This document shows, one piece after another, positions 12,237-25,900 of a stretch of 64,000 nt of DNA; position 1 is the first letter of the stretch, and each line of letters starts with the position of its first letter. A program made the position numbers and the translations under genes. The stretch lies in contig JAHRHZ010000094.1 of NCBI GenBank assembly GCA_024137785.1, positions 1,476,558 to 1,540,557 of the forward strand, written 5' to 3'. The stretch is from Ginglymostoma cirratum. Taxonomy: Eukaryota. The notes below the pieces were generated by a model that saw only the letters and a program-made list of their open reading frames with translations, had not been told where the DNA came from and made no database searches.

Positions 12237-15100
12237 AATAAAAGCCCAAAACGTTGAACTTCTAACATACAGTATTTGTCTCTGGTTAAATATCTGTGAT
12301 TGGCTTGTGGAGACATGAAGCTTTTAATCATTCATTGCTAGTTATGTTTTGTTGAGCTAATATAAATGTTGACAATGTAACTGGCAGTAACTGGAAAAAG
12401 TAAAATACTCTTTAGAAAGAAATCCATTACGAGAATGAATGAAAGATTAAATGGGAATTAATCTCATCCATCATTGTTCCTTCACTGGTTTAAGTTAGAA
12501 TACTGAGTTGTCAGTTGTGTTTTCAATTGTAAAACCATAAGTAGAGAGTTTGTAATCTGGGTTGTGATATATTGGACCAACACTGATATCCATCCATCTC
12601 AACCCAAACTAAGCAAATATTTTGAGTTTTTTTTTCCTTTAACATACATATAAACATTGGAAAAATATAACATATTCTGTTTTTGTTTTAAAGTAGTTGT
12701 TGCTTCATTCATTCAGTGAATTTCCATCTTCAAGTAGGAATTATTGTCGCCTGCAGTATAAACCAGCTATAAGAAATGTCATTGTCTGGGCAATTTACAT
12801 GTGCTAAGTGCAACATACTTGGGATTGTTTTGGCTCTTCCCCTCCTTTTGGATTAGCAGTAATTCATGTTTTTTGTGAATGTTACTTTTTTCAGAGAATA
12901 AGGTTATGTACTATAAGTACTCTGCCATTTTTACTTTTGTAAGCATGCTACAGAACCATTTTTCAACACTTAGTGTGATGTTTGGTAAACAAGCAATTAT
13001 AATTTATAACAAATCTCAATCTGCAATGAAGAGTGTTTTCCAAATATCATACCTGGTTGTATGAGTTTTGTTCACAGCAGAGCATATTTAGCTCATTTTA
13101 TTGACTACTGTCATGTTCAGTTTTCTTTAGGACCAAGTGATCAGTTAATGTAACGGCCGGTTTTTAAGGCACATAACCATAATTGTCGGAGATTTGGTCA
13201 ATGATTGAATAGTGGAATAGGTATTTTTAAGATCTCTCTAATGTATCAATTTTAAAGTGTACATGAGATGCTGCATTTTCCATTAACTTGTCTAGTCCTC
13301 AAGTAATATGTGGCAACCTCATCAAATTTGGATGAATCAAAATTCTAAATCTGGAATGCAATAAAAAAGTGTATTTTGGAAGTCCCCATTAATGTGTTTT
13401 CTAGACTGAAGTAGATTATTTCAGGACACTATCCATGCTGTGGTATGGGCACTCCATTTGGCTTCTTGGGATCTTTGTACTTTATCATTTAGATTGCAGC
13501 AAAATACCTGGCATGCACGGTGAAATCAGGGTCTCCATACAAAGTGACTACCTTAGAGCGTTTAGAGCTAGGAAACGTGAGGCTTGAAATTTGTTGTGAC
13601 CTGTCAGTGAGAACTAAGAGAGCAGGGGCCATTACTGCCCCAGAGCTCATGACCCCAAAATTTCAGCTCAAGACCTCAGTTGGAGTCCCAAACCCCCACT
13701 TTGGGAAACCCTAATTTAGAAATCACCTGCATGAAAACCTCCAGAGTGGGATGGAAAAGTGAGGGGTATTTTGCTAAATTTATTTCACTGACTTGTATGC
13801 TGTGTTCAGTGTAAGAACTTGCCAAACGGATAATAAAGGGGCATGAACTACATTGGTTAATTCAGATGTCATGTTATCCAAAGCCTTGTGCAATCGTAGC
13901 TCATTTTTAGATATTCATGTTACTGATGTCATGCATGTCATTGTGTGAATTCTTGCATATTGTCATAAAGATATTCGAGATATTTTTGCCATCAATAAAA
14001 AATTTGTAAATCCCAAAGGAACCAAAGTAATTTGAAATAATAGTTTGACACCGTTGGATAATTAAGCCTCAAACATTTTTGTCAGTTGCACATTTTCTAA
14101 GTACCACATTGTGCAGTATTTAGAAAGTGTAGGAATTCACATTGTTTGAAAAAAGCTTAACCTGTCTATACGGAACAGACAATTCTGAAAGTCTTATAGC
14201 TCAGAATTGCCAGAAAAACTGATTTTTCATCTTGACAAGGTGTCTAAAGATCAAATTTGAGAACATTTGAGCTTTCTTTCACTGTCCCAAATTTTATATA
14301 AAGTGACTCGTTTTCAGTTTGACTCAGTCAAAACCAGATTCTAATCTTCATTTGCAGTTGAACTCAAATACTTGCTTTTGCATTTCTAAGAGCAAGCATG
14401 CTTGTTTATTAGATCTACGAGTGTATTTAGTAAACTTCTGAGAGATGGTGTTGATATTTAAAGTATACAGACATACTAAATCATTGCCGATTAGAACTGT
14501 GATGTACTCTTGCTTCTTGTTTAAATCTGTGGTCTTTGGTACAGACATTGTTTTGTATTCAATCTGTTGAAATTTTTTTTGATTTTGATCTGTAATGAAC
14601 CAGATGTTGTACAAAGAAGCCTTGGTAGATCACTTGCCTTCCAAATAGATGGCCAGAATTGATTGCTAGATTACCCTATCAGGAGAATCTGTCTGGCCTA
14701 GTCGGATAAGTGTTCCCAATTCTTGGGCAGTATGTGAAAGCAAGATGTTCCCTCTCTTAGAAGTGAGCTGTGATTCCCAAGTGATGTATGACATTTCTGA
14801 GAACAGCTAAACATGGAATACTGCAATAAGCAGTAAATTGGTGAGTAACTTAGTGATTTGAAAACTGGTAGTTAATGAAGTGGGCCGGCTTCCTTTTATT
14901 TCATGTTTGATTGCAGTGTTGTTAAAAATGGTTTGCTTTTAAACTCTTTCTTCAACTTTAATGTGTCCAGGATCAGTTGGAAAACCAGCTTTAAATGATA
15001 AAATGTGAAATTGTTGATTTATTTTGTTTGTTTAAAATTGTGCTGTTGAGAAGGTTGGCTGGAATGGAGAGCCTGTTATGCCTGAACACTACACAATAAA
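12237..15100 (+). terminator. Candidate tandem polyadenylation signals of the MATR3-like 3'UTR (AATAAA at 12237, 13360, 13994, 15095)
   Basis: AATAAA hexamers in a repeat-poor AT-rich stretch downstream of the stop; which are used is unknown. Confidence 0.45.
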
Positions 15101-17029
15101 ACTTTTATATTGTTATTGGTGCAAGATGGTGTTAGGAGAATCAACTTTTTTTTTGCCTAGCAGGTATAAGAGTGATAAAGCTTGAAGTGCTGAGAAAGAT
15201 AAAAGCAAGAATTTGGGAGGAGTGTTTGATTAGTTTATGTAAAAACAGAAGATCACAAAACCAAAACACAACAGACTTATGGTCCATCCCTCGTGGTTCG
15301 GTTTGCTACTGTTTTCTCTCCACTGAAAAACGGTGTAAATTCAAATCCCACTGCAGAATGTAAACAAGTAATCTAGGCTGTCACTTCAGTCTAGTGTTGG
15401 GGTATGTTACATTGTTGAGAGAAGTCATCACATTGTGGAATGTCCACCTGATAGGTGTATCAGTGGCATTGTGCTAAAGGACATGGTGTTTTGCTGGAGT
15501 CCCTGTCCAGACTTAATTCCTTTACCAGCCTTGTCAAAAATAGACTATCTGACTATTGTACCATTAGGCACAGCCCCAGTTTGTGCATTTTGGGTGGGTT
15601 AGGGTAGCTGGTAAATGCTAAATCTGCAAATGAGAGATTAGGTATAAATTGTGCTGATTTTTTAACATGCAGTTAAAGTTTAAGTTTCCACTCAAACTAC
15701 TTTGAAATATCAAGAAAGTAAAAGAATCAATGCATTTGGACAGCATAACAGAATATAACTTGTTCTTGCGTTTAAAAAAAATGTCTAGATGTGTTTCAGA
15801 GTGGTAACCTGCTGTTTTATTAATACAGCTGAAAATTGGATTATCACAAAAATATCAATTTTTAATTTATCTAGTCCACTACCTGAGAGTTGTTTTATTT
15901 TAATTACCGCCAATGAAGAGTTTTCTTGGCTCTTTCAGTGTAATTTTTTTCTCGAACAGTGTTGAAAATCCAAGAAACTTGATTAATGCTTGTTGCAGAA
16001 TTTTAAGCACCTGTTAACAATGATTTGCACAAATATCAGATATGCCAGCTCTTGGAAACCCTAGACTTGTGTACAAGTAGAGTCATCTGGCCTGGGCATA
16101 ATTTGAGAGTACATTATTGGTGCTTGGGAGATAGATATGCTTTAATCATTAGGACGTTGTGTCTCGATGGAGGGAGGTTTTTGAGACAGAATTTGCAAGG
16201 TGAGGGGAAATTCCCTTCCCAAAACTCGTTGATACTGAAAGCTCAGATGCGTTCATTGTCACAAGCACACAGAAGCATTGATAGAAATGATGAAATCCAC
16301 GTGAGAAATAGGAGCAGGCGCAGAACATACAATACCTTCAACCTACTCCACCAGTCAGTAAATTCGGGCTAAACTATTCCATCAGTTCTATTTTCTCTAA
16401 TTCAATAGCCTTTGATCCTTTCCTACCCAAAATCATCCATTCTCAGCTTTGAATATCTTCATTGACTTAGCATCCACAGTGCTTTGGAATTTGGAATTCC
16501 AACAATTCATAATACCAACATTTATTGGTCTCAACATGTTTCCATTCCTTCCTAGTAAGTTTGATAACTTCATGTTTCCCACATTATGGTCCATTCGCAA
16601 AGGTAAGTTAATACTGATGTACCTCTGTTTGAAAAGCAATGACAAAAATAAACCCCGAGAGACTTGCCACCTGAGCTGAACATCCAGGAATGTATCAGGT
16701 GGGTGAAATGAAACATTGCTTTTCAAATTTTGATTTGCTTATTTAATTTATATTGTGTTCTAAGCAGTTGACTTTTTTAAATTAAAAATCAGTCATTTTT
16801 AATTTCCACAATTCTATATTAATGCATCTCAGCACCTGTTTAATTCACTCTTCTGCATCAGTTCATTTTTGGTCAGTTCTTGTTTTAATACTCCTTCACC
16901 AGTCGCCAAATGTCAGTCTTGGATTAGCAGCAGGATTCTTGCCTCTCAATAAGAAGAGCATGGGTTCAAGTCCAATTCCAAATTTATGCATCTCTTGACA
17001 GTTCAACGCTGCACTTCTACAGTTGTTGA

Positions 17030-18910
17030 CTCATAGATTCTTCCAACGCAGCAGGAGGCCATTCAATTCATCCTGTCTGTGCTGGCCAACAAACAACTGA
17101 CCACAATAATCCCATTTTCCACCCCTTGACCCTTATCCCTGGAGGCTATGGCAATGCAAGTGAATAAACACTGCTAAAAATGTTACGAGCTATTATGATT
17201 CAACCACTCTTTTAGGCAATGAATTCCAGAGCTGGGTGTTTTCTAAAAAAAAATTCTCCACTTCCTATTATCCTCTGCCTTGAACCTTAAATCTATAACC
17301 CTGGCTAATGAACCTTCTACTAATGGGAAAAAGTGCCTTTCTATCATCCAAGCTATGCATTTCATAATGTTATACACCTTTATCAGGTCCCTTCTCAACC
17401 ACTAATGCTTCCAAGGATAACAACCCCAGTCTACCAAATTTCATCCTAGCTTAAACCTTCAGCCCAGGCAGCATCCTGGCAAATCTTTGCATCCTTCATA
17501 CTGCAATCACATCCTTCCTATGATGTGTTGACCACTACACTGTTTTGGTTGTGGCCTAACCAGTGTTTTATATATTTCTGGCATAACATCCTTGCTTTGT
17601 ACTTTGCCTCGGCTAATAAAGGCAAGTATTCTAGATGCCTTCTTAACCACCTTAAATACCTGTCCTGCTACCTTCGAGGATCAGTCGATATATACAGCAT
17701 GGTCCTTGCAATCTTCAGTGCTTTCCATTTATTGTACAATCCCTTTGCCTTGGTAGCCCTCCCCAGCTGCATAACCTCAGTTTTCAGGGTTGAATTCCTT
17801 TTGTCACTTCTCTGACCAGGTAGTTGATTTCTGCACTATTTATGACCTTACAATTATTCATGTCATCCACAAACAGCGTAATCATACCTGCTGTATTTGA
17901 ATCCAATTTGTTTATGTACACCATAAACAGCAAAACACAGGACTAAGCCCTGAAGAATCCATACTGGAAACAGACTTCCAGTCACATACACATCTGTCCA
18001 CTGTCACCCTCTTCCCTCCTGCCTCCCTGCTTGTTTTGGAACCAGTGTGATTTTGCTTTGGAACCCTTGAGCTCTTACTTTATTGACCAATCTGCCATGA
18101 AATGACTTGCTTAAGTCCATGTAAACCACTTCAAATGGATCAATACTCCCTGGTTACTAGCTCAAAAGATTTGATCAGACTTATCAGGCACTACCTTCCC
18201 TTAAAAATCCATGCTGATTATCTAAACAATGTTTCTCCAAGTTAAAATATGTTCGTCCTTTAAACTTTCTGATGACTTCCTCCACACTGTGGGGATTCTG
18301 TGAGGTACCACTGAGGTTAGACTGACTGGCTTTAACTTTCTGGTCTATCCCTTCCTCACTTTTTCAATAACGTGTGGACATCATCTTCCAGTCTCTGACA
18401 CCTTAACATGTGAAAGTTACTGTCAGGTCCCCTGATATTTTATCCCTTGCTTCCTTCAACTGCATGGAATACATTCCCTCTGGGCCTATGGATTTATCTA
18501 CTTTTAAAACTGTAAAACCTGCTAGCACCTCTGTTAATTTCTTCTGATATTTTGCACTCCTCCACCTTCATGTCTATACCTATGTCATCCTTTTCCATGT
18601 GCCTTACTCTTTCCCTAGCTAGTTTCTATATATGTACATATGTGGGCTTTCCTTTATTCATTATGTGGACGCTTTCTCGATACATCTTTAAGCTCTTCTG
18701 TTTCCTACTTTCCTTTTTGAATTCCTTTGCTCTTTTTATACTCCTGTAGTCTTTGCAGGATTGAGCCCTCATTATCTCCCATAAGTTTTTTTTTATTCTT
18801 CATCCTAATTTTGATGTCCCTTATCATCCAGTCTTGGACCCTTTTCTTTTTTTTTACAGGAACATATTTGCCCTGTACTGTGGCTTCTGGCACAGTTTTT
18901 ATCTGCAGGT
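17030..18910 (-). mobile_element. Decayed CR1-clade LINE
   Basis: Reverse-strand RT/C-terminal remnants (aggatgctgcctgggctg; ORF 18705..19019 WMIRDIKIRMKNKK-like). Confidence 0.6.
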
Positions 18911-19494
18911 AGCTGCTCCCAGTCCATTTAGGCCAACTTGAGTTGGAAGTGCAATCTTTCAATGAGCTGTTAAATCCAGGCCATGACTGTTTTGTGCAGA
19001 TGGGTGTAAAATATCTCATGGTGCTATTTCAAGAGGAGGAGGGGAGTGTTTCTGATGTTCTAGCCAATATTTATCTTACAATCAGTGTCATTAAAGTTCT
19101 TTTATTACTGTTTGCCAGGCTCTTGCTATGAGAAGATTGGTTGCTGCAATTCCCTTCATTAAAGTTGCACCTGCCATCTTAAGTGCTTTATTGGGATAGG
19201 TTGATATGAAAAATCAGTGGGATACTTTTAAGATATGAAACATGATATGAGTTCAGTTTCTTCCACTGTCATTTGACAACCAACTCAGTCTTGATTTCTA
19301 ATGAGTAAGGTTGGGGGAGTGTGATGTTCTTCTGGTTCTACTACTCCATTGACCACAACAGGAACTTAAAATGCTTTGCACTGTTACTAATGTGCCCAAC
19401 TATATACGTTAGGATTAAAATAAGATTCATCAACCAGATTTATTTTGTAAGCCACATAATTGGTGATTTATTGTGAAAACAGGACTTGGAATTG

Positions 19495-19808
19495 TAGAAT
19501 CACCACTGTGTAGAAGCAGGCCATTCAGCTCATCGAGTCCACACCAACCCTCTGAAGACCATCCCACCCAGACCCACACCCCTGTCCTGTCCCTGTAACC
19601 CTGGCTAACCTAGCTAGTCTGCACATCCCTGGACAGGGGTAATTTAACATGGCCAGTCCACCAACCCTGCACATATTTGGACTGTGGGAGGAAACTGGAG
19701 AAAACTCTCTCAAACATGGGGCAAATGTGCAAACACCATACGGACGGTGGCCCGAGGATGGAATTGAACCCAGGTTCCTGGCGATGTGAGGCAGCAGTGC
19801 TAACTGCT
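19495..19808 (-). mobile_element. HE1-like V-SINE
   Basis: Reverse complement of the 4346 element. Confidence 0.8.
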
Positions 19809-22800
19809 AGTGTTCCGAAAGATCGTGATTTCAAATAACCTGTTGGGCTGTAACCTGGTATTGTGTGACTTTTAAAGGTGGTGACACTGAAGTACAGATG
19901 ATGTGTTTTAATCCTGACATTTGGCGACTGCTCTAAGTTGTTGTCTAAGATATTAATTAAAGCTGTGTTTAATTGTGTTCTGTTTGTGATTCCAATTGGA
20001 GTTGCCCATAAGCTTGTGAATTTGTTTGATTTTATTCATTCAGTTGCAATGTTTTCAAAATCAAGTCCACATCTTTGAGAATTTTTTTCCTAAAACAATT
20101 CAGATGCTAAAAAATTGTAATATTACAGGACTGCAATCTAGCAGATTAAGTTACAAAAGAAGGGCTAACAAAAGAGTCCTGTTTGGTTGACTGCTAAAGG
20201 ACAAACATTAAGCACTGTAACAATTCATTGTTTAAGTTTAAAGTTGTGTAGTTATTAAAAGCAGGGCTCTTTACCTTCAAAATTTGATATAATTGTCATT
20301 TATAGGGAGGTGATGTCCTAGTGGTATTATTGCTGCATTGTTAATCCAGAGACCCGGGTAATGTTCTGGAGATCCGGGTTTGAATCCTCCCATGGGATGG
20401 TGGAATTTTAATTCAATGAAAATCTGTAATTAAGAGTCTAATGGTGACCATTGTCCATTGTCAGAAAAAACCCATCTGGTTCACAAATGTCCTCTAAGTA
20501 CCATCCTCACGTGGTCTGGACTCCATGTGTCTCCAGACCCACAACAATGTGATTGACTCTAAACTGTCCTCTGGGATGGGCAACAAATACTGGCCTGGCC
20601 AGTGATGCTGCCATCCCATTAATGAATTTAAAAATTCTAGTTTAATGATACATTTGATTTAAGCAATAATTCTCATGTTTTGGCTTCAACTGTTAGTCTC
20701 GTGTAATGCAGAATTGGTTACTGTTTTAATCATAGATCACTGTAATTTGAGTTTAATGATCTCATCTTGTTTACACTTTCTGTTCTATTTAGTTGAAATC
20801 CTCCTTCATAGAATAGCTGTGGGTATATAACTCGCCAGTGATGGTGTTTATACTCCATATAAGTGCTCTCATCTTATTTCATTTAATCCCATCAACATAC
20901 CCTTTATCTGTTTCCTTCATGTGTTTTATCTAATTTCCCCTTGAATGTGTCTATGGTATTTCATTCAGCGTTTCATTTAGCTATTCTGTGGGAGTGAGTT
21001 CTGCATTCTAACCACTCTGGGTGAAGAGGATTCTCCTGAATTCCTTATTGGATACATTAAAGAATATCTCACATTTATGAGTGCTGCTTTTGATTTCCTC
21101 CACAAACTGACACATCTGCATCTATCTTATGAAATCCTTTTAGAGTCTTAAAGGCCTCTGTTTGGTCCAACCTTTAGTGAGGGAGCCATTTAGTGACTGT
21201 CATAACTTCAGTTCTTGCATAGAATTTTTTTCTATTACATGTGATGGCAGGGTCTGTTTCATTTTTGTCAACACCTGTTCAGGTATAGTTACTGGTTCTG
21301 AGTTTTGTTAACCATTTGTGGATAGATGTAGAAGGTTTGTGTCATAACGTTTCCCATTGAAACAGGAAAGGCATTGTTCTGTATCATTGGGATAAATGCC
21401 AAATCCCAACTCCCAATAGAAAAACTCACGTTAAACCAGGGGCTTGGAAATTATACATAGCCAATGTTCAATGCATCATCCATTTCCAAAACTGTCACTC
21501 AAGTGAACTGACAACTGGCTGAAGTTCAACAACTAGCATTAGTCCTGTATACTTAAGAACTCCCTTGGCAACCATATATTGAAATGATAAAATTAATTCT
21601 AGATCAACATTCTTTATTCCTTGTAAAAACTGCATTGTAAACTGAGCAAGCAGTGGGAATATATATTATCCTTTAAACACAAATTCTGCACTTTGCTTAA
21701 TAGATACCGGGATCTGGCCATCTCCAACAAGACTCTACGTCATCTTTTACTCCTGATCAGTTCTCAGGTCGAGGTTTTCATTGAAGATAATGTTCTGCAG
21801 CCCCGATAAAGATTTTCTCTTCACTGCTAAAATCAAACTCTTGTTTAGTAAGTGTGCTGTATTGATTTGACATTCCCTATAGTCTTCAGTAAATCATTCT
21901 CCATCTCTTTGACTGCTTCTGCACAGCTAATGTAGAGCAATGCAAAATGGAAATTAAAAGAAACAAGGCAGGTATAGACCATTATTACAATGAGCTGGAT
22001 GAATAAAACTGTGGATGGAGGGGTTGGACAAGGATACTGAAAGATGTACAATTTACAAGTCAGAAGAAATAGGCAATCTACTATTTATATTTTAATATGA
22101 TGAAGGATTCAAAAACATATCTTTGAAAGTGACAATAAAATGATATAGTTGAAAGGTTTGAGGGGCTAAATTGTCTACTCTTTGTATGCACCCTTTTTCC
22201 AACATGATTTATTTTGAAAAGTGCAAGAAATCAAACATTTCTGTAATTCCCAAATATCTCCAAAATATGATTCCAGGCAATGTCATCAAACTTCGCTCTT
22301 CCTTCGTTGGCTTTGCTGAAATAAAGAAAAATCTTTTGAAGCAAACCCAGAAACCTAATTGATATGAAGATTTTCAAGCATCTGCTCAGAGGTTAGATCT
22401 AAAATAAAAGCAAGAAAAAAGCTGGAATGCAGAACTAATTACCATTGACCAAGCCACTCGCCTTCCTGATTTGGACATATATTGCTGAGTCAAAATTCTG
22501 GAACTTCCACTTTAATGGCATTGTCAGCCTACCGAAACCAAATTGAGTGCAGCGGTTTGAGAAGGCAGCTCATTTTCATGGGCAATGAGTGCTGGCTCAG
22601 CAAGCAATGTCCACACCATGTGAATGAATAAAAAGAGAGTTGTGAATCTTTATCCCTAAAATTGTGAATTTTCTACTAATATGGCTTTAAATAGCAAACT
22701 GCAAATTCATTGGTGAAAAATTGATCAGATATATCATTATTTTGAATTATATTTTGTCAAAGCAAGACTTTGCATCACTGACAAGTTCACTGGATATGGG

Positions 22801-22967
22801 CAAGATTTGCTGAACTGTACATCCCTGTGACTTCTACAATCAGTTTCCAAATCTCATTAACAAAACGGTATGGTACAGAAACCCCTCCTGTGGTCTAAAC
22901 ATAGATTTTTGTCCGGATACCTTGTAATAGATGTTTTCGTAGAAGGATTCCTGTCTGGTGTTCAGGC

Positions 22968-22978
22968 TCAGCATCTCA
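22968..22978 (-). CDS. Gene A putative last coding exon (VRC-stop in the directly spliced frame)
   Basis: aaatttcag|TGAGATGCTGAGCCTGAACACCAGACAGGAATC is homologous to gene B 53994 onward; TGA conserved at the same position in both. Confidence 0.6.
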
Positions 22979-25900
22979 CTGAAATTTGCTGCATCAAGAA
23001 ATTGAAACATTTGGTTTACATCAATGTTTCTTCTGTCTCATTTAGTACATTATTGTTTAAAAATGCTTATTGATGTCAATGTTTCCTCACAGTTAAGTTT
23101 CAAAGCCGTGGTTTAATAGAATCATGGGATTGCAAAGAACATAAAAACATTTCCATCCTCCCCTTAGCAACATTCTAACCTTGTTACAGCCTTGGTTCAA
23201 GCATGGTCAAAAGATCTGAATTCCAGAGGTGAGGTGAGAGTGACAGTCCTTGACATCAAGGCCGCATTTACCAGAGTGTGACATTAAGGAGCTCTAGCAA
23301 AACTGGAATCTATGGAAATCAGGGGCAAACTCTCTGCTGGCTGGGACATAGGAAGATGGATGTGGTTGTTGGAGGTCAGTCATCTCAGCTCCAGGACATA
23401 TCTCTGCAGGAATTCTTAAGGGTAGTGTCTTCAGCTACCTCATCAATAACCTGCTATTATAAGTCAGAAGTGGGGATGTTTGCTGATGATTGCACAATGT
23501 TCAATACCCTCCATGACTTCCCAGATACAGAAGCCCTACATGTTCAAATGCAACAAGATCTGGACAGCATGCAGACATGGACTGACAAGTGGCAAGTGAC
23601 GTTTGTGAAACATATGACTGGCAGTGACTTCTTACTGGAGATAATCTAACTACCACTGCTTGTTCTATGACTGAATCCCCCACTATCAACATCCTTGGGG
23701 TTGCCATTGACCTGAAGCTGAACAGACTCTACCAGTACAGTGGCTACAAGAGCATGTCAGAGGCTAAGAATACTGCAGTGAGTAACTCAACACCTGACTC
23801 CCCAAAACATGTCCATGATTTACAAGGCACAAATGGGGAATGTGATAGAGTACACCCCGAATAATGCTCAAGAAGCTTGACACCATTCCAAGATAAAGCC
23901 AGCCCATTTGATCGGCACCAGATCCATAAGTATCCATCACTGACACTCAGTAGTGACAGTGTGTACTATCAACAAAATGCACTGCAGAAATTCACTAAAG
24001 ATCCTCAGACTGCACCTTCTAAAGCCAGGACCACTTTCATTCAGAAGGACAAGGGCAGCAGATACACGGAAATGCCATCATCTTTAAGTTCCCCTCCAAG
24101 CCAGTCACCATCCTGACTTGGAAGTGTATAGCCGTTCCTTCACTGTCACTGGGTCAAAATCCTGGAATCCTCACCCTAAGAGCATTGTGGGTGTACTTCC
24201 AGGACATGGATTGCAGTGGTTCAAGGAGGAAGCTCACTACTGTCTGTCTTAAGCAACAAGGGACAGACAATAAAAGCTGACCCAGCCAGTGAGGCCCACA
24301 TCCTGTGAGTGATTTTTTTTAAAATTGAGACTCTTTGTTGGCTTACAATGGCTCCAAGTTAAGCAGCATTATAATTTTACAATTCTTAACCTCATTTTAA
24401 ACCTTAACATTTTCCTGCCTCTTTTCATCTCTGTAAGCTCTCGTCCAATGGCCCACTGAAATATCTACTCTCCTTGAACTCTGGCCCCTTGAGCGTCTCT
24501 GAATTTAAGTGCTTCACCATTGATAATTGTACCATCAACTGCCGGATTTCTACATGTTCGTCCATCAAGATAATCCTTAAAATCTACCTCTTTGACCAGA
24601 ATTTTGGCCGTATGCTCTCAGCAACTTTCTTTATTGACAAGCCAGTTTTATCGTCACAGCTTAATAATAATTGTGGCTTGGTGTCGTATTTTGTTTTATA
24701 TAGCATAAAGCGTTTTATGATGTTTTGTTTGTCCTAAGTATCATAAAAATAAATCTTTGACTTGGTACGAGTTCTATTGATGGATATTCATGGTAACCAG
24801 TCCTGATTCTCCAATTTCTTTTCATCCTTCAAGTTTCCTTTTAAACCTCCTCTTAACCTGTGTTCATCACTCCCATGGGGCCGTGCATTACAAATCGTCA
24901 CAAGTCTTTGCATAAAATAAATGTTCTGTTCAGGTTATTGCTGATTCTTTTGCTTATCTTAAATCTATGCCGTCTCCTAATCAATCTTTCAGCAATTGGA
25001 AACAGTTTATCATTATTTACTCTCCCAACTCTTGTGATTTTAAACAGCTCTACCAAATAACCCTTTAGTCGCCTCAGCTGTAAGGAGAACAAGATGGACG
25101 ACACCTGTACTAAATAATGGTACCATTTCATCTGTGCATCAATTGTGATTAAACCAGTCTTACCAGTGTCAGTGCTGGAGGAAAAAGTGGCTTTCTTGTA
25201 GATGATTGTAACAGCAGCAATAATTAAAAGCAAACCACTGACAGCAGCCACAATGCACAGAGGAACCATTATCCTTGGGGATCCACTGGATATCCCTGTT
25301 TTTAATACATGGAGACAACAGAACTTTATTGAGCAAGGACAGAGTTATGATCAGAATTAAACAATTTCCTGATTCAGGAACAAAATGTGAAGTTTTAGGT
25401 GGAGTGACACCTGCCAATCAAAATTTATCTTCATGACATGCTACAGAAACACAGCAGGCCTGGACAGTGTGGAGCCATTAGCAATGGTAGCATTAGTAAC
25501 CCCTTTGTTTTTGGCTCTGAGCACTCACAATTTGTTCTACAGCATAAAACGAACTTTTCCAAGCCCTTTCACTCCTGGTGAACAGTCGGATCAGACTCAA
25601 AACTTTAACTCTGCTTTTGTCTCCACAACTGTTGCTGAATCTGCCAAACCCATGCTGCAATCCACCCCCATCACACAGACATCTCCCCCTCCCATTCACA
25701 CACCTGTATACACACATTACACCACATTCTCACACACTGCTGTGGACTTTACCTAGATCCTTAGTGACAGCTCTCTGCAGTGCCTGTCCCAGGGACACAT
25801 GTTTCACTTCACACCAGTAAGTACGTTTCTTTTCCCACTCTGTTGTTGGCACGGTCAATTGGGTCACTGTTCGGTAAGTACTCGTACTGCCCAAAGCCAC

